Positions 48,201 through 55,548 of a stretch of DNA of 55,548 nucleotides are shown here, piece by piece. The first letter of the stretch is position 1. Each line of letters starts with the position of its first letter. The notes under the pieces are model-generated. The model saw nothing but the letters and a program-made list of their open reading frames with translations, did not search any database and had not been told where the DNA came from. Source of the DNA: a virus (taxonomy: Duplodnaviria > Caudoviricetes); IMG/VR virus record IMGVR_UViG_3300032278_000008, positions 1 to 55,548 of that record. One strand, written 5' to 3'. Position numbers and translations under genes: made by a program.

Positions 48201-49466
48201 ATTAACAAGAGCCTCGCAAGTCTCTCTACTATCAGGCGGTACTGAAACTCCAGTTAGAATATCATTTTCTACAGTCTGTATAACAGTATCAACATCAAGA
48301 AGTGGGTACCACGCCAAGAATGCTGATTCACCATAATAAGGCGAATCAACTATGTGACCTTCTGGGTGAAGTGCGCCCAAACAGTCAATCATATTGTTGA
48401 AAGTGTATAGAGTGGGCCAATCAACTGACGTTGTACAGAAAGATATAGTTGGATTAGGTTCCCAATATTGACCGCCCGTATTGTAAATCTTTTCTCCAAG
48501 TAAGAAATCGCCCGCAACATTCAGCAAATTCATCTTGAATGGATTAACGTCTATACCAGTTATTTCAGCAGTCGCTCCAGAAGTTAGACCTGTAATCGAA
48601 ACTCTTTCAGGTACAAAGTGTACTTCATTCGGATGACCAGAAACATACATCCATTTGTCTAACCATTGATGACCATTAACAATACATTCACCTTCAGTTC
48701 TTATGCCCTCTGAAATAACGATTGCGACATATGGAGTTACAAATTGTTGTGTTCCTATATCTTCCCAAATCGGTTCGTTTTTAACAAAGGTTCCGTTAAC
48801 TTCTGTGAGTAGTAGTCTTTCGTAATCTGTAGTAGAAATGGACTCATCCATATCTACGAATGCAGTAGCACCCGAGATTTGACCGACTATCTTTTTATTG
48901 TATATTGCTCTGACAGTTTCAGCAACGTGTACATTTTCAGTCTCGCCATAATATTCGGAGTTTGCATCTTCACTTGCGTGGTCAGTTAGAATTGTAATCC
49001 ATTGAGGTTCATACCATATAGACCCAGATGCTTTCATCATCCATTGTTTTGGATACATCGTTTCAACAGTCGTATCAAAATCTCGTCTGAAGAGAAAGTC
49101 TAGTGCAGAAGTAGTACCTTTCTGCCTATATACTGGCTGAATGTTCTTTGCTAAGAAAGATTTTGAAGTTGTTGGAACTTGGGGGTCAATAGAAGTATGA
49201 GGAGTACCGTGAAGATACTGCTTCTCAAATTCTGGGATAAATTGGTCTAGAGCGTGGTCAACATCTACGTTCTGAATTAACTCAGTTATCTGATTATATT
49301 CACCGAGTTCGCCATTAACACCCGTTTCTCGCTCTAAGTATTCAAAATACTTTCGGAGAAAGGTGATGAACATCGGATGGTCTTCCCGAACATAATCGGG
49401 GACCATACGCTCCACAAAGATTGATAGAAACTTCGCTGGAGATTTAGTAAATTTATCGTTTGCCAT
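42219..49466 (-). CDS. gp7: Baseplate wedge gp7-like protein fused to a glucose/sorbosone dehydrogenase-like propeller and HxH repeats (2415 aa)
   Basis: N-terminal PDYVREDHPMFITFLRKYFEYLE, YRQKGT, LQDNDYYQDFSYVVKS, LVHPVG; lies between gp6 and gp8; internal GSDH motifs. Confidence 0.8.
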   Translation of the reverse strand: MANDKFTKSPAKFLSIFVERMVPDYVREDHPMFITFLRKYFEYLERETGVNGELGEYNQITELIQNVDVDHALDQFIPEFEKQYLHGTPHTSIDPQVPTTSKSFLAKNIQPVYRQKGTTSALDFLFRRDFDTTVETMYPKQWMMKASGSIWYEPQWITILTDHASEDANSEYYGETENVHVAETVRAIYNKKIVGQISGATAFVDMDESISTTDYERLLLTEVNGTFVKNEPIWEDIGTQQFVTPYVAIVISEGIRTEGECIVNGHQWLDKWMYVSGHPNEVHFVPERVSITGLTSGATAEITGIDVNPFKMNLLNVAGDFLLGEKIYNTGGQYWEPNPTISFCTTSVDWPTLYTFNNMIDCLGALHPEGHIVDSPYYGESAFLAWYPLLDVDTVIQTVENDILTGVSVPPDSRETCEALVNPDTQPLVNTAVWKTNGYWLDSAAFLSSDRKLQDNDYYQDFSYVVKSEVPIQSYREVLKKLVHPVGLKLFAEFSFQSTVDMTVEMPEDYVKALIYIFSYLDVAIDIWDQESEQHGRLGHAHTGFGVYLEKGFEEYVIEMMSTLENRASLISASDWLAPGDHLSVRLELDSQRIGSSVKEKLYTISWLNDTAKLGLDAYPEKVLFEFYNLLKVLPIDEFPPSVTELVIRDDIESATDGRMISCSIWEMGVFKHLQRMVEWVEAFLPEAEYAPEKSYGFFEKNREDTIVQKVYGITNDVIDSVEIQAFENAPDEIHSHGRKNGFAPLVHTMVTKGLELPDITVGTAAFHDHAFNGEAIPNLIVHGTEQTASGLSYDQARALISHNAFEIPEFHASVHTTAFLPEATNHIHWFEDGQVVDRQRGRTSDCLTRQQARDLIDGVVASVTLYDNIGKLADGVPNTVDGVFQGGTIDSAGGLTAHYHEYTVTYDSDWENHTDFQGNDLTHGFTYTPVTTWICYNFRPELIVDPSIMDGSDYAGNTWPQNVFNSIDDATLVTHTGEATFTFQHTQTWSDTLIPDVDWVRIYSSNFIASVPGSGDTGDLLGDVLVTDQVTDIATMVAYPMDPDKIAIVDQSGLVYLLHTTTGVTEGFFDLTTIQHVIGLGPFGAYDERGTLGLAFHPDYATNGKLYVFYMTEQGPATGAYGYPLSTTVISEFTANVAGASVDVATERILLEIPQPDMNHNGGEVRFGPDGMLYIGLGDGGSAGDTSSSGGHGGHGVYGNAQNPSNLLGTILRIDPTEDVVQGIPYTIPADNPFAGANAKLYGDTGLVYFRPEIFAYGLRNPWRFSFDSEDRLWCADVGQNKFEEINIIEAGGNYGWRVMEAYHFYEEDQAIIDQIALDQQYANTTAYLNDLKHPIHEYSHGTGISISGGYVYRGTLLDGMTDKYIFGDWSTGWAGTSGHLYALEEDPEGLTATFDITPNSSGTPIADHSHTCELTPAQVETLQANPGSTVVVVQSDSVHANLYTHTFTIMWNATYNQFNLIGQTNPEGHDTFSEPTWSSAIGWKRKALSFWDPVAQIVTLTTHDRSLLTIGEDTAGEIYISTRVGINTYQGTGPNNTAIYKLTETFDSSTETPAQSQIPASETAHVHGYQVTYDPALEQFDALEISDIEMTEWDAFFPIWEWNDPQSHIHPVIISWSAVLDEQIQIGSSAGWHYNSETGEWEPYDTGADTPWSPEEEDGPTTFYIETAPILQILGANEYGENTHVHYFDSSTLDTFGANTDRLAMPITRIQAEELANGVVNEVIVFSSITDSGQNLHYHKYKIMWNLSTQQFVADEVEELWDVNGVGEYSPVDTVLRTHEHTLTMDGVLTHLGWNGTPLYTAPDITLSNAHDWDNLAGSQPDHLHSFNGTYLDTIGVNTGRQSLALDDNQATDLINGDVDEVIMYSSIANGDHYHGIQITYDDNLLSFVALDVEKWESNDGAQFYETDPRSHAHPTNVSNLSSRPGFNELLETVPDFGSPGYPYPGGSHPHFHNGTLVGPFAEGPLINQIRYCDGLTIEQGMQLIDGVVDSVIIYDSIEGAHFHEYTIKWNDTLDIFYCESSITWIRGGIEDVLQDPSKYYISVVENLSEGLHWHNLTIEWNPNFEVTPQQTGGSIYVTKIETSDEVLNSAPNITTSQTSTELSPVTTTYPDTPDPGDTTIITTYSDLVTTTETTTIQVTTTTTTTTFYSNGTNNVVVGDPVITYDVSDVVTTETVEDLAERKTWINTILQANNPPIVWIQPSFIEGEGSHDHLLFTGCTLDTAGQYAGRMCEPVTLAQANELINAQDANYGFIFFDSPNGGESHYHGYTIKFNPNTGNDGAFVVDGISQFDIIPGTGTIVHTFLLSGGYHDHDYWLSVADYVSLLGGAYITTPQRDTTHAAQYTHELVLEWDGSGYGIVSQTSDYDNHNLISYTGSVQQGGEWSQSTAGGGLGDHEHTTIIDESNVWPVPPS

Positions 49467-49481
49467 TTGTACCTATACCCA

Positions 49482-51245
49482 TCAAGATATCGCCTGCATT
49501 GTAACACTACTTTGATTTAGTACCAGCAGGTTACTTCTTATTGCAGTAATGTCGTTTGACTGTGGTATAGCGTACAAACTAATTACTGAGTTTGTGTCCA
49601 GAACTGGTCTAAATCCGAGTAACTCAATAATTCCATTTTCATAGTCAATGGTTCCTTGTTCAGTATTCAAAAATTGTTCGTTGACAATATCATACAGAAG
49701 AATATTCCCTTGACCATTGTCAAGTAATGCGTACTGTGTGCTAGTTTCTGTATTGCCAAATACTGAGGAAACAGCAGAACCCGGAGTAATTGCATTATCA
49801 TATTTGAAAATGTAGTTACCAACGGTGTTCGATGCTTGTATGAAAAATTTCTTATAAAATTTAACAGAAGTCAAGTTATTACTAATAGAAGGGTCAGCAG
49901 AATCAATAGTATTTCCAAGTTGAGAATATCTCAAGATGGATTTAAATGCACTAACTTCTGCTTCAAAGAAGGCCGCAATATCTTCAATAATTTTCGTTTG
50001 AACTTCACTAGATGACATTGCTGTTAATACTGGATTATATTTAACTGTAGTCTCGACATCAATATACGTATATTCTGGTGCAGTAATAATAGGATTGATT
50101 GCCAGCATATTATATTTTGATAGAATATCCTCTGTTAATTTTTGCTTTGTTAGAGGTGATAATTCAAGACCGTGTCTTGGTTTAATACAGATAAAGACAG
50201 CACCATATTGTGGTGGGTCATTATCTTCTCCGCCCCAAACTGCAATAGACTCAATGTTTGGATATTTTTCTATCAAAATACTTTTATAATCTTCAGCCGT
50301 TACTGCCCTATCTTGTCTTTCATAGGCTCGCGGCGCTGTTGATTTAATGTTTTCTGTACTCTCTGGAAAAGAACCAAGAGAAGAAACATCAACAGTGTTT
50401 ACTGTTACTAGACTCGCTGTATAGACACTATCAATAGTTGATTCTAATGCGAATGTTTGCTCATTAATTGTTGAAGTATAATTTCCTGTTTCTCCTAGAG
50501 TAGACAAATATGTTATTTTAATGACTTGACCATCAAGAGGTCTTTTCCCGAAAATACCATTACCAAAATAAATTTCTGTAACTCCATCGAGTCCTTCTTG
50601 TAAGAAGTATATAAGTGATTCATTATTCAATTCAGATAAAATTTCATTTTCGGCCCAAGGTTTATCATTAACAGTCATTTTGATAGTTGACCTATCACAC
50701 GTTGGGTCGTTAACTAAAAATGCTTGTGTTTCAGAAATAGCATCATAAGTCCATTCTAAGCCCTTCAATGAACCTTGACGTAATGTAATTTCTCCTGCAA
50801 AGTCTCCGCCTTCATCTTCAAAAATATTGATTGTGTCTAGATTAGTAAAAGGTAATGGTGTGCCGTTAATATTCGATACAAAATGTGTGCCCTCTTCTAT
50901 AACAATATAAGATGGGTCATAACCAGTCGTATCGAATTGTAATTTGACAATTGCTTCAGAGGCCGTCGCTGATTTTGGAACATATCCAATCGCTTTTGCG
51001 TGAGATACTACAGAATTTCTCAGGGTAGCCGTATCAAGAAATGATTCGTTGATAGCCATATTTGTATGAAAGCCCATATAATGAGTTGTGTATGCCATAA
51101 CATCTAACATAACACTCATACCAGAGCCTTCAAAGTCGTAGTCTATAAATTCATTTTGGCCTTTTAGATACTCTTTGATGTTACTCTTAATACCATCAAA
51201 CTCTAGGTTTGATAAATCTAATGCTTTTGGGTTATTTGTTGCCAT
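49482..51245 (-). CDS. gp6: Baseplate wedge subunit gp6
   Basis: LEFDGIK, DYDFEGSG, ESFLDTATLRNSVVSHAK, QDRAVTAEDY, VWGGEDNDPPQYG, GTIDYENG. Confidence 0.96.
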   Translation of the reverse strand: MATNNPKALDLSNLEFDGIKSNIKEYLKGQNEFIDYDFEGSGMSVMLDVMAYTTHYMGFHTNMAINESFLDTATLRNSVVSHAKAIGYVPKSATASEAIVKLQFDTTGYDPSYIVIEEGTHFVSNINGTPLPFTNLDTINIFEDEGGDFAGEITLRQGSLKGLEWTYDAISETQAFLVNDPTCDRSTIKMTVNDKPWAENEILSELNNESLIYFLQEGLDGVTEIYFGNGIFGKRPLDGQVIKITYLSTLGETGNYTSTINEQTFALESTIDSVYTASLVTVNTVDVSSLGSFPESTENIKSTAPRAYERQDRAVTAEDYKSILIEKYPNIESIAVWGGEDNDPPQYGAVFICIKPRHGLELSPLTKQKLTEDILSKYNMLAINPIITAPEYTYIDVETTVKYNPVLTAMSSSEVQTKIIEDIAAFFEAEVSAFKSILRYSQLGNTIDSADPSISNNLTSVKFYKKFFIQASNTVGNYIFKYDNAITPGSAVSSVFGNTETSTQYALLDNGQGNILLYDIVNEQFLNTEQGTIDYENGIIELLGFRPVLDTNSVISLYAIPQSNDITAIRSNLLVLNQSSVTMQAIS

Positions 51246-51252
51246 ATTCCTG

Positions 51253-51660
51253 CTACCTCAATCTATTTAAGAAGAAATCTAATTCTACTGGAGAGCCTTC
51301 GTTGATTGGAAAGTATACGATTGAAACTTCATATCCATTTCTATCTGGGTCTGCCGTTACCTGAACTCCTTGTAATTCAATTCTGGGCTCGAAGGAATTA
51401 ATTGCTTGTTCAATAGCCCCTTCCAATATAACACGAGTCTCAGTAACCATAGGCTCAAACAATGAATGATATATTGTTGAACCAAAATCACTTTGAAATA
51501 CTCGTTCTCCTCGCTGTGTTTTGATGATATTAATGACGGAACCGTTAATAGCATCGACATCTGAACGACCTACAATATCATTGGTCAATGGATGTACAAG
51601 AAAATCGAGGTCTAAATCTCTATACTTTCTAAGTCTTTTTGTATGAATCGGTGCCGGCAT
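51253..51660 (-). CDS. gp25: Baseplate wedge subunit gp25
   Basis: YRDLDLDF..HP.T.D, GERVFQSDFGS, LFEP, FEPRI. Confidence 0.95.
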   Translation of the reverse strand: MPAPIHTKRLRKYRDLDLDFLVHPLTNDIVGRSDVDAINGSVINIIKTQRGERVFQSDFGSTIYHSLFEPMVTETRVILEGAIEQAINSFEPRIELQGVQVTADPDRNGYEVSIVYFPINEGSPVELDFFLNRLR

Positions 51661-51685
51661 CGAATTCTTCCTCTATTGTCTACTA

Positions 51686-51693
51686 TATTTATA
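51686..51693 (-). promoter_or_regulatory. T4-type late promoter TATAAATA
   Basis: Exact consensus upstream of gp25. Confidence 0.75.
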
Positions 51694-51715
51694 CTAACCG
51701 TTCGTAATCTCGCAT

Positions 51716-52006
51716 TTAACCATTTGCAAATACGTTACCAGAACCAGTCTGATTTGAAGAACCACAATCAACTGCATCTCCAATTCTCGACCAAGGCTTA
51801 CTATTCACAAACACATTCGGAGACCCACTCGCTTGAGAAGCCCCGTGAGGCACACAAACGGGACATCCGTGTGGCTGCCAAGCATCTCCTACTCTATGCG
51901 CCGCAAGACTATTAGCAAACACATCAGGAGAAGCACTAGCATTTTCTCTAGGAGGGTAACACCCGTGTCCTGTACAAATATCTGTTAATCTATGAACTGC
52001 TGGCAT
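51716..52006 (-). CDS. gp5.4: PAAR spike-tip protein (gp5.4-like)
   Basis: MPAVHRLTDICTGHGCYPPR, AAHRVGD, GSPNVFVN, RIGDAVDCG, GSGNVFANG. Confidence 0.93.
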   Translation of the reverse strand: MPAVHRLTDICTGHGCYPPRENASASPDVFANSLAAHRVGDAWQPHGCPVCVPHGASQASGSPNVFVNSKPWSRIGDAVDCGSSNQTGSGNVFANG

Positions 52007-52007
52007 A

Positions 52008-54371
52008 TTAAGCGTTCTTCCCTAGTAATGCACTGAAAGTCAATGATGGTAATTTTTTAGCATCAAATGCCTTCGCTGATGGTACTTTCGATTTTGTGTT
52101 TACATTCTTTTTATTCGTGTATAATCCCCAAGATTCGAGTGCTTTGTTGGCAGATGTACTTCTTTCTGTTCCTTTTGCACAAACCCAAGCCCCATTTGCG
52201 TTTTCACACACCGTTTTCGACCTGGCAGTGTCAATATCATAAGAACGACTTCCACCAGAAGCACCAGTAGAACTCTCTTGTTGTTCAATCCATTTGCCAC
52301 TATATTGTTCGCAAACTGATTTTCCTGGTAGATATGGGTCGACTTTTGTTGCTCCATACTTTGCCATCACTACTACTTCAGCAGATTGATAGATATTCCC
52401 GTCATCACCCATCACATACTCACCAGAACCTGATGCCTGTGCCGCATCAACTTTTGCTTGTAAAGTCGCTGTATAGAAACTTGGTTCAATCAATTTATAT
52501 CCGTCTGGAAATGCCAAAGCAGTAAAATCACAAGACCCGACTTCTTTTGAAGAAGCAACTGCAGGTTTTGGCTTACATCGACAAGTTTCTACATTTGACC
52601 AATCACCAGTTTTCATTGCGTGTTCTATTGCTTCCATTGATTGATGATAATCAGATACGTCACCACCAAGATTAGATTTATATTCTGCGGCCGCTGTTAA
52701 AGAAGATGCTTGAGCAATCGCCGCACCGACCATAGACTTTACTGTGCCCGGCATTGCCTCTGCAACTGCAAAACTGGCTGACGCAAGAGGTAAAAATGGT
52801 GCAGGGTCATTCGCATCAGGAGATGATTTTGCAGGTGGCGATTTCTTTAATGGTTTAGATGCTACTGCAGGTGCACCAAAGAGTTTAGTGGGGTCAGCAA
52901 TAGCATCTCGAATTTTAGTCGCAATTACTGGTAGACCGCTGTCCGCAATAGCAGAAGAGGGACTCATTGGAGGTGCATCGCCTACAATATTACCGAAAAC
53001 AGCAGATAAAGTTGGTGCAATACTGCCCATCGCGGCTTCAATTGAACCTGCGATTTGTACTTCATTCTCTGTCATTTCTCTCTCGTTCCAAGTACCGCCA
53101 GTTTCACCGCATTCTGCTTGACTTCTATTTGTAGAACTGCCTCTTTCTAAATTTCTATTATCAACGCCACCAGAACACCATCCAACTTTATGTACTTTCG
53201 CAACGGCTTCTTTGTCTCGGGCGACTGCTTCATATTTTTTATCGGCCGCATTAGCAATAAAAGTTTCTTTTGTATCAGCGAAACGATTTACTCCTGCTTT
53301 AATTTCTTTTGTCAGAGTTTTAACGGCATCTTCTTTTGGTACCCAACCGACTCCGTGAATATATGTTAACGCATCTGCGGTATATTCTTCGCCTACCTCT
53401 GCTATCTCAGTGCCAGAAGGAATACTATCAGCAACAGTTGACAAACTCTTTAATCCTTCTTGAGCGGCCTGTGTGAACTTCGGTACAGTGGGTACACCAC
53501 TTGCTAGTCCACCTAAAATTCCACCTAAATCGATAATAGGGTCTGTAGGAGTTACTGATTGTCCAGTTGCTTGTTCGTATAATTTAACGATATCTGCCAT
53601 CACTGGTTCAGCAATATGAGATAACATTTGATTATTATTTACAAGGGCACAAGGGTCAGACGTTGCCAATTTAGCAAATGCGGCCCATTGTGCTAATTTA
53701 GTGAGAGCGGCCTGCATTGCATCAACATCTTTTTGTATCAGACCATTAAGGGCACCCATCATATCGCCACACATATTATTCATTCCTGATATAAGACCTT
53801 GTATGACACTGGTATTAACCAGAATATCAGCCAATTTATTTGGGTCAGTTAAATCACGTATGATGTTATCGAGTCGAGATGATATTTGTGGTATATCGCC
53901 TAAGTTTAGTGCATCATCCATTATGCCGGCAGATTCAAATAATGTAGCAAATCCTGCCACACAATCTATCATTGCATCTGCTGAACCTAGTGCATCAGAT
54001 AATTCTCTTCCTGCTTGTTGAATGCCTGAATTTTTAATGTAATCTGTTGACGCGGCTCTTAAGGCATCTTCAGCAAAGTCTCCACAGTGTGTGAACGCAT
54101 CAGATACGTCTTGAACTTCTTGCAATACTCCCAATATTTCAGAGGCATCATTAGGGAATGCCGTTTGAATAGCAACTTGGTCAATCTTATCCATAACGTG
54201 GAGTGACACTGCGGTTGACTGCATTCTGGCAACTTGGTCAAACGCAGGCGACCGTAACTCGCCGCCAACTCTTGTTAGAGCATCGTTTACGTCAGAGAAA
54301 AATGATGTTCCTCGCTCTGCTATAAGGGCAGCACTTGCTGTTGTCGATGTTGATATTCCTGGTTCTGGCAT
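52008..54371 (-). CDS. Hypothetical Ala-rich protein (787 aa) with C-terminal Cys/Trp motifs
   Basis: Long co-oriented ORF, AGGA RBS; helical N-terminal half; AECGETGGTW, VCEQYSGKW, VCENANGAW. Confidence 0.7.
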   Translation of the reverse strand: MPEPGISTSTTASAALIAERGTSFFSDVNDALTRVGGELRSPAFDQVARMQSTAVSLHVMDKIDQVAIQTAFPNDASEILGVLQEVQDVSDAFTHCGDFAEDALRAASTDYIKNSGIQQAGRELSDALGSADAMIDCVAGFATLFESAGIMDDALNLGDIPQISSRLDNIIRDLTDPNKLADILVNTSVIQGLISGMNNMCGDMMGALNGLIQKDVDAMQAALTKLAQWAAFAKLATSDPCALVNNNQMLSHIAEPVMADIVKLYEQATGQSVTPTDPIIDLGGILGGLASGVPTVPKFTQAAQEGLKSLSTVADSIPSGTEIAEVGEEYTADALTYIHGVGWVPKEDAVKTLTKEIKAGVNRFADTKETFIANAADKKYEAVARDKEAVAKVHKVGWCSGGVDNRNLERGSSTNRSQAECGETGGTWNEREMTENEVQIAGSIEAAMGSIAPTLSAVFGNIVGDAPPMSPSSAIADSGLPVIATKIRDAIADPTKLFGAPAVASKPLKKSPPAKSSPDANDPAPFLPLASASFAVAEAMPGTVKSMVGAAIAQASSLTAAAEYKSNLGGDVSDYHQSMEAIEHAMKTGDWSNVETCRCKPKPAVASSKEVGSCDFTALAFPDGYKLIEPSFYTATLQAKVDAAQASGSGEYVMGDDGNIYQSAEVVVMAKYGATKVDPYLPGKSVCEQYSGKWIEQQESSTGASGGSRSYDIDTARSKTVCENANGAWVCAKGTERSTSANKALESWGLYTNKKNVNTKSKVPSAKAFDAKKLPSLTFSALLGKNA

Positions 54372-54386
54372 TTTAATTATTCCTAA

Positions 54387-55103
54387 TTACATAAAAAGTG
54401 GTTGATTTATTCTATTATAATTGTGAAACATACCAAGGTCTACATTTTGACTATGAAGAACATCTGCTTGATATAATACCATTCTATTATATACCATTTT
54501 GGCCTCAAATTCACAAGTATATGGGTTGTTTCCATCTACTTTAGATTTAACGTACTTAACTTTTTCGATATCTTGTTCTATATGGTTTAGATGTTGAGCC
54601 CATTCTGGCTCTAAATCATATGGAATACTCATCTCGCCATTATGACTATACAAATTTGTTCCGCCTGCACACTCTTGTGGAGTGTTTAAATAAATCACAC
54701 TTCCAAATTGAAAAGATGAGGCTTCTGGGTCACTCATCCACCAATCTTGATGAGGTATTATGCCTATCGGATTCGCCTTTAAAGTCTCTTCATTTAAAAC
54801 ATTCACTAAAAAGCCTGCTTTGCCCCAATTATTCTCAAACTCTTTTTCATCAAAGGTTGGAAAGTATTTGGTACATAGATGAAAATATACATCATATAAT
54901 TTTTCTTTTACTTCGGATGTCTCATAAAAGCCTCTTACTCCAGGGAATCCATTCACCAAATCAGACGAATCATCATCTTCTAAAGACAGTGCAAGTTCCC
55001 GCACTTCATCTGGATTCTTGTAAAAATTATCAATGATGATTGCAGTTCTACCTTTAATATCTTCGGTTATCTGCGGTGTCATATTTTCGTTTGGTTCAAA
55101 CAT
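54387..55103 (-). CDS. 2OG-Fe(II) oxygenase-like protein (DUF6445-like)
   Basis: IIDNFYKNPDEVR, FPGVR, IPHQD, VIYLNTP..C.GGTNLY, YNRMVLY...LHS, RINQ. Confidence 0.78.
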   Translation of the reverse strand: MFEPNENMTPQITEDIKGRTAIIIDNFYKNPDEVRELALSLEDDDSSDLVNGFPGVRGFYETSEVKEKLYDVYFHLCTKYFPTFDEKEFENNWGKAGFLVNVLNEETLKANPIGIIPHQDWWMSDPEASSFQFGSVIYLNTPQECAGGTNLYSHNGEMSIPYDLEPEWAQHLNHIEQDIEKVKYVKSKVDGNNPYTCEFEAKMVYNRMVLYQADVLHSQNVDLGMFHNYNRINQPLFM

Positions 55104-55546
55104 TATGGATTTAAGTGTATAACACTTCCTTTAATTGTGTGTACTGAACCTGATTGGTCAAGTTTAGTTCCGGCAGTAGAAATTTGTGTATTTCCTAATA
55201 CATCTACTGTCCAATCTTTACCTACTTGTACTATCCAATTTCCTGTAACTTCCATCTTATAATCACCGCCTACTTTGAGATGAGCATTGCCATCAACTGT
55301 TATGTACATATTACCACCGTCACCAACACCCTCAAGTCCATTTACATTCGGCTTAACGTGTACAAAATCATCTCCTAATGTGATTTTATAGTTGTCTCGT
55401 TGTATCTTTGTAACTTTTGTTCCAGTCTCTCGAATCTCTTCAAACGTACCAGTTTTGTGCCATTTCATAAGTCTTTCGTGGTCTACTGTGTCGTCCCATT
55501 CTTCTACGTGACCACTTTCGCTTACTCTAGTGTGATTGAATGGATA
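55103..55546 (-). CDS. gp5: Baseplate hub/spike protein gp5, C-terminal part (start lies beyond the window)
   Basis: Frame is open to the window edge: YPFNHTRVSESGHVEEWDDT..HERL..WHKTGTFEEI, then V.G beta-helix repeats and an IHLNP end. Confidence 0.9.
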   Translation of the reverse strand, partial: YPFNHTRVSESGHVEEWDDTVDHERLMKWHKTGTFEEIRETGTKVTKIQRDNYKITLGDDFVHVKPNVNGLEGVGDGGNMYITVDGNAHLKVGGDYKMEVTGNWIVQVGKDWTVDVLGNTQISTAGTKLDQSGSVHTIKGSVIHLNP

Positions 55547-55548
55547 TG

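Noticed and set aside
51253-51660. gp25 as a lysozyme
   Set aside because: A common legacy annotation; gp25 is a structural sheath-initiation subunit and no lysozyme motifs are seen
359-55036. Many 60-160 aa plus-strand and alternate-frame ORFs in the track (e.g. 359..628, 4554..5027, 23939..24334, 52744..53121, 54620..55036)
   Set aside because: They lie antisense or out of frame within well-supported genes and show no recognisable motifs; treated as shadow ORFs
55103-55468. Track ORF as a complete 121-aa gene
   Set aside because: The frame stays open to the window edge with gp5 motifs upstream of the Met, so it is a truncated view of gp5
1-55548. CRISPR arrays, tRNA/rRNA genes, transposases, integrases, reverse transcriptase/DGR
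   Set aside because: None seen by eye. Intergenic gaps are short and the repeats are degenerate protein-level repeats, not identical DNA repeats. No scan was run.

Overview
A 55.5-kb piece of a T4-like (myovirus) phage genome. The gene content resembles marine T4-like phages. Almost all genes are on the minus strand. In transcription order the window holds the C-terminus of gp5, PAAR (gp5.4), gp25, gp6, gp7 and gp8, three very large virion or fibre proteins, and two tandem Cys/Gly-rich protein + tail-fibre-chaperone pairs. A sugar-modification cluster follows (GT9-like heptosyltransferase, two NodU/CmcH carbamoyltransferases, HldD, 2OG-Fe(II) oxygenase, plus convergent HldE and a cupin). The window ends with gp13-gp20, gp67, a gp68-like gene and the start of gp21. 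T4 late-promoter motifs (TATAAATA) precede most operons. Two unusual themes stand out. (1) An ADP-heptose, carbamoyl and hydroxylation tailoring cluster sits inside the structural module, with a dual sigma70 + late promoter and a previously uncalled 39-aa GG-Cys peptide gene at its end. (2) Virion genes are heavily loaded with candidate metal or redox modules: a glucose/sorbosone-dehydrogenase-like propeller inside gp7, cupredoxin-like domains, repeated triple-HxH modules, a His-rich gp67, a dispersed Cys/Trp micro-domain inserted into several core structural proteins, and an uncalled 22-aa metallothionein-like gene. All family assignments come from motif recognition by eye; no database searches were run.
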